Of a stretch of DNA of 64,000 nucleotides, positions 39,505-49,700 are shown in pieces (within the stretch, counting starts at the first letter, position 1; each line of letters opens with the position of its first letter). The stretch is from Armatimonadota bacterium (lineage in GTDB: Bacteria; Armatimonadota; UBA5829; DTLH01). The notes under the pieces were generated by a model that was given only the letters and a program-made list of their open reading frames with translations, did no database searches and had not been told where the DNA came from. The stretch lies in assembly GCA_039679675.1 (NCBI GenBank), contig JBDKUN010000059.1:127608-191607 (forward strand), read 5' to 3'. Position numbers and translations under genes: made by a program.

Positions 39505-40300
39505 TATGGCCGCACTTTATTTGCTTGACGAAGTTAAGGAGATACTGCAACTCTTCGCAGGGCTCCACTTCGGCCTCAATCCTCTCCACCGCTTGGGTTA
39601 TATTGAGCGATGATCTGTAAAGCAGCTTGTAGCTCTGCCTTAACGACGCACGCGATCTTGGTGCTACGCCGTTCCTACGCAGTCCGATCACATTGAGATC
39701 GTAGACTTTGATAGGCCTTCCATCCGCCAGCATAAACGGCGGAACATCCTGCACTACTTTTGACATTCCACCGACCATGGCAAGTTTCCCTATGCGCACA
39801 TTCTGATGTACGCCAGCCATACCGCTCAAGATCACCTTATCTTCGACCTGGACATGACCGCTGATTCCTGCCATATTCGCCATTGTGATGTTGTTGGCAA
39901 GTTTGCAGTTATGAGCAACATGACAGTATGCCATCAGCATATTGTTGTTACCTATAATCGTGCTGGTTCCTTCTCCGCTTGCGCGGTGGATCGTGCAGAA
40001 TTCCCTTATGATATTTTCATCGCCGATTGTTAGAAAACTTTTTTCTCCGTGGAACTTATAGTCCTGAGGTGCGCCACCAAGCACTGCACTTACACCGATA
40101 TGGCAATTTCGGCCAATCGTCGTATTGCACTCTATCACGGCATGGTGCTCAATCCTGGTCCCATCGCCTATTTTCACGTCAGGACCGATGACGCAGTATG
40201 ATCCAATTACGACACCCTCACCGATCTCCGCTGATGGATCGATTATCGCTGTTGGATGTATCCCGGTCGCAACTTCCGGATTCATCATTCCATTCCTCAC
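39476..40300 (-). CDS. lpxA: Acyl-ACP--UDP-N-acetylglucosamine O-acyltransferase
   Basis: IHPTAIIDPSAEIGEGVVIGSYCVIG hexapeptide repeats and the LpxA C-terminal helical domain. Confidence 0.85.
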   Translation of the reverse strand: MRNGMMNPEVATGIHPTAIIDPSAEIGEGVVIGSYCVIGPDVKIGDGTRIEHHAVIECNTTIGRNCHIGVSAVLGGAPQDYKFHGEKSFLTIGDENIIREFCTIHRASGEGTSTIIGNNNMLMAYCHVAHNCKLANNITMANMAGISGHVQVEDKVILSGMAGVHQNVRIGKLAMVGGMSKVVQDVPPFMLADGRPIKVYDLNVIGLRRNGVAPRSRASLRQSYKLLYRSSLNITQAVERIEAEVEPCEELQYLLNFVKQIKCGHNGRQTEHRG

Positions 40301-40830
40301 TCATGCACACTGCCGACTGCATTGTCGACCTGTTGTTTATTCTTTTTTCTTTCAACAAGAGCGAAGATAAACTCACCTTCAGCTACGACTTCATTGTCGA
40401 CGCTGGAAACTGCTTTAACTCTTCCGATGGTTCCACGAGTCTTGAGTAGTTCTACTTCGGTGATAAGAGTATCTCCAGGCAAAACCGGCTTTCGGAACCG
40501 CATATTATCCACACCACCAAGGTATGCGAGCTTGCCGACATTTCCGGTAAGTGATAAAAGGAGGACTCCCCCAACCTGTGCCATAGCCTCTATTACCAGT
40601 ACACCAGGCATAACAGCATGTCCTGGAAAATGTCCCTGGAAGAACTCCTCGTTAATAGTTACATTTTTTAATCCGACAATCTTCTTGGTGCCTTCGACTT
40701 TCAAAATCTTGTCAACTAAAAGAAACGGATATCTGTGTGGCAGAATACCTCTGATTTCCTCGATCTCGATCAACGCTCTCGCCCCCTGTTTACTATCTTT
40801 ACGCCGCTTGTTTGCTCTCTCCACCGGCAA
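40297..40830 (-). CDS. fabZ: 3-hydroxyacyl-ACP dehydratase
   Basis: ILPHRYPFLLVDKI...GHFPGHAVMPGVLVIEAMAQ motif. Confidence 0.85.
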   Translation of the reverse strand: MPVERANKRRKDSKQGARALIEIEEIRGILPHRYPFLLVDKILKVEGTKKIVGLKNVTINEEFFQGHFPGHAVMPGVLVIEAMAQVGGVLLLSLTGNVGKLAYLGGVDNMRFRKPVLPGDTLITEVELLKTRGTIGRVKAVSSVDNEVVAEGEFIFALVERKKNKQQVDNAVGSVHE

Positions 40831-41653
40831 AGTGCCTCATCAGCTCTTGCGCAAACACGACATTTAAAGCATGTCCGGATTTCACTGCTAGAATTTCGGC
40901 ATTCATCCGCCCGCCAATCAGTGCCAGATCACCGATTATGTCCAATATCTTATGCCTGGACAACTCATCTTTAAATCGCAAATCCGATGAATATCTGTCC
41001 TGCCATATCACTATTGCATTATCTATACTGCCGCCGCGGGCAAGATGCTGTGACAGAAGAGCTGCTATCTCTTCATACATCACAAATGTCCGCGCAGGAG
41101 CTATTTCTTTCGTAAATCCTTCCTCGCTGAGCTCGAATGTTGAAGTTTGCAGCCCTATCATAGGATGATCGTATTTGAGCACATAAGTAATCTTCATACG
41201 GTCCGACGGTACTGCCAGAATGAAGCTGTCATTTCGGCTCGCATAGACGGGCTCAGTCAATTTGAAGATATTTCGCGGTTTATGAAGAGTAACGGTACCA
41301 GCAGAGAGGATAGCCTCGACATACGGCATAGAGCTGCCGTCCAGAGCAGGCATCTCGGGGCCAAGGACTTCGACAAGGCTGTTGTCTACGCCCAGGCCGT
41401 TAAGTGCGGCCATAAGGTGCTCTATTGTCCGATATTTCGTCCCATTATACCCAAGAGTCGTGCCTCTAGCCGTCTCAACAACATTCGTTGCAAGTCCTGC
41501 GACCTGTTCTCCGTTCCCGATAAATACAATACCTGTGTCTTCTTCAGCCGGATGCAGAATTACCTCGCACCTGTCTCCGCTGTGGAGGCCGGTACCGCGT
41601 ATATTCACCTTCTTGCTAAGTGTCCGCTGTAGATTACTTTGCTTACGACTCAA
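40799..41653 (-). CDS. lpxC: UDP-3-O-acyl-N-acetylglucosamine deacetylase
   Basis: [27 protein letters not shown] and conserved His/Asp zinc-site residues throughout. Confidence 0.85.
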   Translation of the reverse strand: MSRKQSNLQRTLSKKVNIRGTGLHSGDRCEVILHPAEEDTGIVFIGNGEQVAGLATNVVETARGTTLGYNGTKYRTIEHLMAALNGLGVDNSLVEVLGPEMPALDGSSMPYVEAILSAGTVTLHKPRNIFKLTEPVYASRNDSFILAVPSDRMKITYVLKYDHPMIGLQTSTFELSEEGFTKEIAPARTFVMYEEIAALLSQHLARGGSIDNAIVIWQDRYSSDLRFKDELSRHKILDIIGDLALIGGRMNAEILAVKSGHALNVVFAQELMRHFAGGESKQAA

Positions 41654-42702
41654 ATATCTTCACCGCCCAACTGAGCTAACCGTCGAGTCAACTGCTCGAC
41701 TTCTTTCTTCAGCATTTCAACAGTCTTTTGTAATTCCGGCAGCCTTAACTGCGCTGCCTGCGCCCTTAATGCATCTTTATGGGGCCTGGCCGGATATCCC
41801 GAATACATACCACCCGGCTGCAGATCACCGAAAACACCGGCTTGACCAGCAACTGCAGCACCATCGCCTATCTTAACGTGGTTCTTTACTCCAGCTTGCC
41901 CAGCAAGCGTTGCTCCGTTTCCTATCTCAACGCTACCTGCTATTCCGACCTGCGCAACAATAACGGAGGACTTACCGATCTTTACGTTATGCGCGATCTG
42001 CACAAGGTTGTCGATCTTGGTTCCCCGTCCGATTCTTGTCGATCCTGTTTTTGCGCGGTCTATGGTAGTGCATGAGCCTATTTCTACGTCATCTTCGATA
42101 ACGACGTTACCGATCTGCGGGACCTTGCTCAATCCACCGTCTACGGGAATATAACCGAACCCGTCACTACCTATCACAGTACCTGCATGCACGATAACAT
42201 TCGACCCCAGCACACAGCCAGGGTATATCGTAACATTCGGGTGTATTATGCAGCCGGCTCCGATACTAACACCATCTCCCAGGAATACAAGCGGCTGGAT
42301 GACCGTACCATCGCCTATAGATACATCATCACCGATGAAAGACCCGTACCCGACAGATACGCCTTCGCCTACAGTGGCCCGATCCCCTACCCTGCAGCTT
42401 GGATCAATCCCGGCTTTTGGTGCAGTGCTGACCGGTTCGAATGCTTTGAGAATCTCGACAAAAGCTTTTCGAGGATTATTTACATGGATAACAGATTTCC
42501 CCTCACAGGTCCCGCTTTCAGCCAGAATAGCCGAAGCGCTGCACCTGATCGCAGAATCAAAGTATCTTCCGTTCTCCGCGAGAACGATATCACCCTGTAC
42601 CGCATCTGTTATACTCGCAGCACCTGTAATCGGTATATCATCCGGTCCTTCGACCGATCCGCCGACTATCTCTGCAAGCTCATGAACTCTAATGCCTGTC
42701 AT
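41650..42702 (-). CDS. lpxD: UDP-3-O-acylglucosamine N-acyltransferase
   Basis: N-terminal domain plus a long run of left-handed beta-helix hexapeptide repeats. Located directly upstream of lpxC/fabZ/lpxA. Confidence 0.85.
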   Translation of the reverse strand: MTGIRVHELAEIVGGSVEGPDDIPITGAASITDAVQGDIVLAENGRYFDSAIRCSASAILAESGTCEGKSVIHVNNPRKAFVEILKAFEPVSTAPKAGIDPSCRVGDRATVGEGVSVGYGSFIGDDVSIGDGTVIQPLVFLGDGVSIGAGCIIHPNVTIYPGCVLGSNVIVHAGTVIGSDGFGYIPVDGGLSKVPQIGNVVIEDDVEIGSCTTIDRAKTGSTRIGRGTKIDNLVQIAHNVKIGKSSVIVAQVGIAGSVEIGNGATLAGQAGVKNHVKIGDGAAVAGQAGVFGDLQPGGMYSGYPARPHKDALRAQAAQLRLPELQKTVEMLKKEVEQLTRRLAQLGGEDI

Positions 42703-43819
42703 CCTTTTTCACCCGGCTCGGAAGATACGGGAGTCTCTCCCGAAACCAGTCGGTCCTATCCTCTACCTCTCCAGTATTTTTGAACACCACATTCATGCCG
42801 TTCTGCCGTGCAATTCTCCGCACAACGGTTTCAAGCTCAGAATGGATTCTACAGCGAAGCGATTTCTCCAGAGCGCTCGCTTCATCACCGCCCTTAATAG
42901 CGGAATATTTCAATACAAGCTCCGCCGGAGCACAGCTCACTACTGCATTTTCTCTGCCATATTCAGTAGAGCACGAACCAATCAACTGCATTCTAGCATC
43001 GTTGAAGTTGTTTTTCACCAACTCATATCTGAACCGTTCGCGCTTTTTCCTAATTAAATCGTTTATCCTCCGCGTTTCGTCATCGCGGATAGATTCCAGT
43101 TCATTTTCAGCTGATTTCCGGCGTTCTTCTCCTACTTTTAATGACTTCGCAGCCATCCTAGAAACAAGATCATTCTCATTCTGAGTCAGCTTTGCCTTTA
43201 TACTGTCAAACTCACTCTCTCTTGAAGCAATAGACTGTTTTACTGCATCAGAAGAAAGGCCCTCTACTGAAAGCTGCGCTTTCAATGCGTACAACTTTAT
43301 TGCTGTATCTACACGCTCATATTGCTGTTCTTCATTCAGGGCGCGCAGGTCAACCGCAAGCTTCTGCTCGGATTTTCGTCTTTCTTCAGCCTCGGCGGCA
43401 CTTGCCTGAGCTTCAAGATCCTGCCGCCGCTCGTTCAGCCTCTTTTCAAGAGCATTTTCTAGCTGTAAACGTATTAACTGCATCTCCTGCTGAGACCTTT
43501 TTTCAAGCCTCGACTGCAGAGATGCCCTCGACTCCGATAACACAGCCGGTTCCCGGAACTCGAAATCCATGCCGCGAGATAGAGATGCGTTGCCGTTTTT
43601 GAACCGGACACTCCGCTCATTACGCAACATCATCTCTCGGACCAGAACTAACTGTTTCCACGCAGGATGGCTTGATACTAACTCATCCAGGTTGCAATAA
43701 ACCTGTTTTTTTGCGACTTCAGGCGCTCTCTGACTTTCAATATACCAGCCGAAGCCAGCAATAGTCAGAGCGATTATGCAAACAACACCCAGTGATCCAT
43801 ACAGAACTCGTAGATTCAC
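42689..43819 (-). CDS. Hypothetical membrane-anchored coiled-coil protein (possible second OmpH/Skp-like periplasmic protein)
   Basis: N-terminal TM ([16 protein letters not shown]), then about 250 aa of strongly heptad-like charged sequence, then a small C-terminal globular region. It occupies the slot between skp and lpxD where OmpH-family genes occur. Confidence 0.35.
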   Translation of the reverse strand: MNLRVLYGSLGVVCIIALTIAGFGWYIESQRAPEVAKKQVYCNLDELVSSHPAWKQLVLVREMMLRNERSVRFKNGNASLSRGMDFEFREPAVLSESRASLQSRLEKRSQQEMQLIRLQLENALEKRLNERRQDLEAQASAAEAEERRKSEQKLAVDLRALNEEQQYERVDTAIKLYALKAQLSVEGLSSDAVKQSIASRESEFDSIKAKLTQNENDLVSRMAAKSLKVGEERRKSAENELESIRDDETRRINDLIRKKRERFRYELVKNNFNDARMQLIGSCSTEYGRENAVVSCAPAELVLKYSAIKGGDEASALEKSLRCRIHSELETVVRRIARQNGMNVVFKNTGEVEDRTDWFRERLPYLPSRVKKDDRH

Positions 43820-43835
43820 GGGTAACCTGTCCAGT

Positions 43836-44477
43836 CTAGTTCTTTTTGCCGTTTAGCTTGTCAATCACCGGCTGTGTCAGATCGACACCACCATAGTAAA
43901 CAGCTACTTTATCTATGACAACGTCTATTTTCTTCTGCTTCGCGACTTCCTCAATGACTTTCATAATATCGTTGCGGAGATCAGTGAACACGCTGTCTCT
44001 CTTTGCTGTGAAATCTGTTTCTGCCGACTGGCTCATTTTTTTGCAATTATCTTCAGATTTGGACGCCATATCCATCAGTTCCTTCTGCCGGGCTTTTTCC
44101 TGGTCAGTAGGTTCTGTTTTAGCCTGGAGAGATTTAAGTTCGGCATCAAGGGTCTTCTCTTTATCCTGAAGTTCCTTTATCCGTGCTTTTTCGCTCTCAG
44201 TCGGGTTTTGCTTGATGACGAGCGCTAAAAGCTCCTTTGAATCGTTATCATCCAGCATCTTGTTCGCATCAAGGGTCTTCAACTGCAGATCAAGCTGCTT
44301 GGCAAATGCTTCGAGATCTGCTTTTGCCTTTTCAGTCTTCGTATACTTCTCGAAAACCGTTGCAGCATCCACATATCCCAGGGATGCAGAAGTATCTGCT
44401 GCCTTTGCAGGCGTAAAAGACAACGCTACCATTGCTAATACAGCGGCGATTACCAGTTCGAATGATCGTTTTACCAT
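43836..44477 (-). CDS. skp: OmpH/Skp-family periplasmic chaperone
   Basis: Signal peptide, a coiled-coil-rich Lys/Glu body, and a C-terminal ...IDVVIDKVAVYYGGVDLTQPVIDKLN typical of Skp. Located immediately downstream of bamA. Confidence 0.6.
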   Translation of the reverse strand: MVKRSFELVIAAVLAMVALSFTPAKAADTSASLGYVDAATVFEKYTKTEKAKADLEAFAKQLDLQLKTLDANKMLDDNDSKELLALVIKQNPTESEKARIKELQDKEKTLDAELKSLQAKTEPTDQEKARQKELMDMASKSEDNCKKMSQSAETDFTAKRDSVFTDLRNDIMKVIEEVAKQKKIDVVIDKVAVYYGGVDLTQPVIDKLNGKKN

Positions 44478-44758
44478 TTCTGGTTGATTCCCCTTTTAAA
44501 TAATCAATGACGGAGGACGACCGATGCCTTTCGCGCTCGATTACCGCCTCCGCCGTCTGCATTATAACAGAAACGGCAGGGCTGGGACAAGCGCAGTTGG
44601 GTCGACCGCGTCTCCGTCTATAGATAGACGAGTCATCAAGACAAGCATTGCCGGGATGGAATCAGGTTTGAGGATTTGTGATACAGAATTTGAAAAGGCC
44701 CTGAATTTGTAGATCAGGGCCTTGTGAATATCTCAGTCAATGTTAAGTAAGTATAAGA

Positions 44759-46645
44759 TTAGAACGCCTGGCCTATACTGAAATGGGTCCTGGCTCCGTC
44801 GCTTCCTATTCCGTAATCGAAACGAAGGTTTCCTATAGGTGTATTTACTCGAAGACCTATGCCTGTTCCGATACTCGGGCTGAACCCTGAGTGCTGGTCA
44901 AGATCATCGGATATACTGTATGTTCTTGGAGCACCCCAGGCATCCCCATAATCCAAGAACAAAACGCCGGTCAACCCCTGGGATACCGGATGGCGGTATT
45001 CAATGCTCAAAACAGCCATCTTATCACCCCAGAATCTGTCTTCCCTGTAACCCCTAAGGCTTTCAGCACCTCCGACAAAGAATTGCTCGAAGAACGGAAG
45101 GTCTCCGTTCGATACGCCGGCAAGCAGCCTCGCTGCGAGGGTAACTCGTTTGTCAGTCGGGGCTTCTTTACGGCCGCCCTTGCTCCAGTAATGTCTGATA
45201 TCGATCTGCAGTTTCTGGAACGGCCCTTTGATATTCGCTTCATTTACAACCAAGCCGTTTTCGTTTGCAGGCGGAACATTCAGATCCTTCGCAGTATACT
45301 GCTCAACCACATCCGCATTACCGGCTTCAAACGACACGGACCTATACCAACCTACTGCCGGGTCACTATCAAAATCCCTTGTATTATTAACAATTCTGCT
45401 CGTTGCACTGTGCACGGGGCCACTCTGTGCGACAAACCTGTTCACATCACTCGGCTGCAAACTGCTTATATTAAGGGTTGTAGTGTCTACAGTTTCCGTC
45501 CTTAGTGTAATATAACCTCTTGTATAATCACTGATAGGCCTGCTCAAACCAAGGGTGCCACCCTTACGCCGTTCATCATATGTCTGGCCGTCTACATCGC
45601 CGTCATTTCCGAAAAGCGCGGATGAAAACCTGTAAAGCAGCTTGTCGAACACGTTCACTGAAAGCGAAGTATGATATTTGTCGATCCACGGTTCGTGGAA
45701 CCCGACCTCGTAACTGTTCGAGCCGCCAATCCCGTCACTTGTGCCGGTCTCCCACAGAAGTGTCAGGCCCTGTCCAAGCCCACGGAAGTTGGTTTCCGTC
45801 ATTTCAGCCCGTCCTACTAACCTGCTTCGTGAGTTGTAACCTACACCAACCGATACATTTCCGGTCTTCTTTTCAGTCACCGGTATCGCAACACCGATTT
45901 TGCCTATTGAAGAACCTGGTTCTATCTTTGGGGCCTGCACATCCTCTAAAATGTCCAGATTCCAGATTCGAGCGATGTCGTCTCGAAGAGTCTTCATATT
46001 AAAGTAATCACCCGGCTTCTCTTTCATTTCGCGGGTGAACACTTCTATCCTGGTTTTCTTGTTTCCGACTATATCTATCTTCTCGACCGTGCTCACAAGT
46101 ATTGCGATTGTCAATGTCCCGGTCTTCGGATCTATACCACTATCTTCCGTAACGTGCGCAACATATCCCAGGTCGCGATAGTAGTCCTGAATAGCTGATA
46201 TATCTATATCGACAGTGTTTGTGTTCAACACCTGGTTCGGCTTCGTCCTCATGATGTTGAGGATTGTATCTTTCCCAACCGGTTCCGAACCGACTATGTT
46301 TATCTCTTTGACCAATGGGTTTTCCACAACATCAAAGATCACCCTTACTCCCTCAGGAGTGTCCTCTGTCCGTACAGGGACCGCGCTGAAGTAACCAAGC
46401 GCGCTTATAGCCTCACGATCCTTCTCTACAGCCTCCTTTGTGTATGTCGCGCCCGGAGCCAGTTTGATAACGTTTTCAACCGTTTCCTTGTTGATATTCC
46501 GGTTACCTGTGATGACTATCTGAGTCACCTTAGCCCCTTCCTGCGCAAAGGCGGAAAGGCTCAGAGAGAAGATCAGTGCCGTGGTCACTGCCAGAACCAG
46601 TACCAGGGCCGATTTCCGTCCGATTTGAGATTTACTGCATAACAT
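44759..46645 (-). CDS. bamA: Outer membrane protein assembly factor BamA (Omp85 family), short form with about 3 POTRA domains
   Basis: Signal peptide, then POTRA repeats (ITGNRNINKETVENVIKLAPGATYTKEAVEKDREAISALGYF...), then a C-terminal beta-barrel ending in ...IGQAF (terminal aromatic). Only 628 aa. Confidence 0.8.
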   Translation of the reverse strand: MLCSKSQIGRKSALVLVLAVTTALIFSLSLSAFAQEGAKVTQIVITGNRNINKETVENVIKLAPGATYTKEAVEKDREAISALGYFSAVPVRTEDTPEGVRVIFDVVENPLVKEINIVGSEPVGKDTILNIMRTKPNQVLNTNTVDIDISAIQDYYRDLGYVAHVTEDSGIDPKTGTLTIAILVSTVEKIDIVGNKKTRIEVFTREMKEKPGDYFNMKTLRDDIARIWNLDILEDVQAPKIEPGSSIGKIGVAIPVTEKKTGNVSVGVGYNSRSRLVGRAEMTETNFRGLGQGLTLLWETGTSDGIGGSNSYEVGFHEPWIDKYHTSLSVNVFDKLLYRFSSALFGNDGDVDGQTYDERRKGGTLGLSRPISDYTRGYITLRTETVDTTTLNISSLQPSDVNRFVAQSGPVHSATSRIVNNTRDFDSDPAVGWYRSVSFEAGNADVVEQYTAKDLNVPPANENGLVVNEANIKGPFQKLQIDIRHYWSKGGRKEAPTDKRVTLAARLLAGVSNGDLPFFEQFFVGGAESLRGYREDRFWGDKMAVLSIEYRHPVSQGLTGVLFLDYGDAWGAPRTYSISDDLDQHSGFSPSIGTGIGLRVNTPIGNLRFDYGIGSDGARTHFSIGQAF

Positions 46646-46764
46646 TGGTCAACGCACCTCCAGCGTATTATCCATCATATCCTGAACCATAACAAAAAGA
46701 AACCTATTTTTGCAGACGTTCGCATCGAATAGATATAGCCAACTGATCAGCCATAAGTTCACAA

Positions 46765-49700
46765 TCAGAATCTCCGGTTGTACGACATTTCCAGCACACC
46801 CAGGCGGCGGGAGTCAGTTACGTATGAAAATTCCAGCCAGTCACGAATCCTGTAACTCAGAGTCAACGAATACGTCGCTCCGGTTATCGTCTGAGCGCCG
46901 GTCACAATCCTCCAGTATGAAAGATAGAAATTATCGAACAATTCCCTCGATAAAAATACGGCAAGTGGCTGCTCAAAACCGTATTCAATAGAAAAATCTT
47001 CAAGACCAAGAGCTTCTATGAACGTTGTTTCCAACGGGTCGAACAGGCGGGGAGATACCGCCACGCTGAACAACTCTCTAAGCTGGTCTCTTAACTCGGT
47101 CTCTCCCGTTCCGAAAATGTCTTCAAAGTGGCCCAGCGCTGCCAATATCTGCGTTCTGGTCAATCCTGCCGGATCACTCTTGAGTGAGATATTTTCAGGC
47201 TCAAGCTTGTCCAGTGGGCCTGAAACATCAAGGGTAATCTTATATCGCTGCTGTGTTCCCAGCCCTGAGGTCGCTGTAATGGTTGTCTGAGCATGCAGAT
47301 CAACAGTCACGCCTGCTGTCTGTCTGCCAGGAGTCCAATTGACATTGATATTTCCGCGTGTAATCCTCATTCTCGTTGTCGGGAATCGCAGAGTCCCGCT
47401 ATCAATACGTATTCCTGCTGTTATGAGCGGCTTCTCCAAAGAACCCGCGACCTGCCCGCTTCCGCGTAAAAGCGCGATAATACTTGGGTTTCTGAACCAG
47501 ACATTATCTCCTATGTTAAACCCGATATTAAACTTCGGATTTATAACATACCTGGCAATCCCTGTTGGGCTGACTGCTGGAACGCGGGATAGGATAACCG
47601 ATGCATCGCTTAATGCAACCTGTCCTGAAATCAGAGGCTCCGTAACGGATCCTGAAACAGCAAGCCCGTTTACCGTTGAGAATGTGCTTGTCACGCGCTC
47701 CTGATAACCCAGCAGGTTCTGCTCAACAAGTTTCAGATTGTTGAGGTTCAGAACCAGGTTTATAGCTCCTCGCTGACTGCCGGAAGCGGGCTTGAATAAA
47801 TTATGCAGCGATATTGTACCGCCTGGAACCGCATCGAATGTCCCGCCGCCGCTCGATCCGCCAGACAGTGTCTCCACTCGGACCAAATCCTGATCGAATA
47901 CAAGATTTGCCTGTATATTTGTAAACTCCGTCTGAAAATTCCTGACGTTGATGTTGCCGTCCTTAATAACCATCTGCCCGCCAAGATTTGGATTACTTAT
48001 TGAACCAGTGAGGTCCAGCGTCGCAGAAATAAGCCCAGGGTTCTTTGTGTCAGCAGTGACAGCATCCGATAACAGGGTAAGCACTTCTAGCGTCTGCTCT
48101 TCCAGTGCCGCGTGGAACGCAATCGGCTGGTCTGTAGGTATGGTGAATGTCTGCCAGTTCCAGGGAAGTGTTCCGAAGAATGCCGCGGATTGCGAGTCCC
48201 TCGTCACAAGTGCCCGGCTGATTTCAATAGTATTGCGCCCGATAGTTATCTGGCTGGCACGAAGCCTGTCAAATGAAATACCGGAGATTACCGGGTTTAC
48301 GACTTCAGCTGATGCCGTAACGAGCGGTGCATCAATAGGCCCTTTCACTGTTGCACGGACAGTAGCTGTGCCGCTGATGTGCGTCGGCCCGGCAGCGGGA
48401 GTAAGTGCATCCAAGTCCACGTTGTAAGCATCTATTTCAAGATCAGTCTGTCCGTTGGCGATCAAAGTACCTTGTGCTGATACGCTCAGAGCCTCAGCTG
48501 TAGCTTCGAACGACTCCAGTATGAGCTCGCCCCGGCGCGAAACCGCAGAAAGATCGATTCGAGCGTTTTTAATCTCCGAAATGTCAACATCCTGAGCTGT
48601 AAGGCTGAACTTGGCTTCCGGCTCATCTATCGGCCCTGATGCGGAAAATGATGCTGAAAGAATTCCTGTATCTGGACGCCTTAACTTCGCGAGAAGCGAT
48701 CTCAATCCCTCGCCTCCGGGCTGACCGATATATGGACTCTCCGACACAGCCGTGTAGATAACGGGATATGAGAAGTTTTTCAATACGCCGCCATCTATCT
48801 GCACTGTTCTTTTTTCAGTATCCAATGACGCGCGCTCTACAGAAAGGACACCGCTCGCCGACTGAAGGTTAACATCCGCGATAACAAGTGATTTTCCACT
48901 CCATTTGACCTCAGATGCGAACCTGTCGAATTTCACTGTGTTGATTACAGGATTATTTGAGACAACAGTTGCCTCCACCCTTGGATTACCTACCGTACCG
49001 GCTATACGGCCTTTTGCGTCCACTGTCCCAGAGAGAAGCGCATACGGTTTTGTGTACTGGCTCAATTGAACAAGGGCGATGTTGTTTGCAATAAAGTTGA
49101 AGGAGATATTGCCTTTAGCGTCTATCACTCCATCAGCGCTGAATACCGCGTTATCGCTTTGAGCCAGAAGACCGGTTAACCGAAGCTGCTTGTCGGAATA
49201 AGAAAATCCTGCGCGAGCCTGTGTGACCGGATACCCGGCGAATGAACCATCCGACAGTCTCAATGTCCCCGCTGCTGTTATGTTCGGAGCAGTGCCTCGT
49301 ATTACTACGCTCCCTGTAACACTGCCGGTAATATCTGCTTTAACCTGCAGTAGTGAGAGTATTCGCTCAGCCGGAGCTTCTGAGACATCGATATTGAAAT
49401 TAATGGTCGGTGAGGGTGTGCCTATTCCGCCTATTTTACCGTGGAGCGCTACTTCAGCAGGTAAAACACGGATAACCGCATCTTCCAGGGTAATACCGGA
49501 CGATGTTGCTACGAGTCGGCCTCTTGCATAATCAAACGCAAAACGCTGGAAGCGGCCGTTGAACACTTCCGCTCTTCCCGTTACTACCGGATTACTGAAA
49601 GGCCCTTTAACACTGCCGTTAAAATCAACTATTCCTTTATAACCCGTCAGACCGAAAGGTTTCTGCAAGATACTCAGGTCTACTCCCACGGCAGACACGC

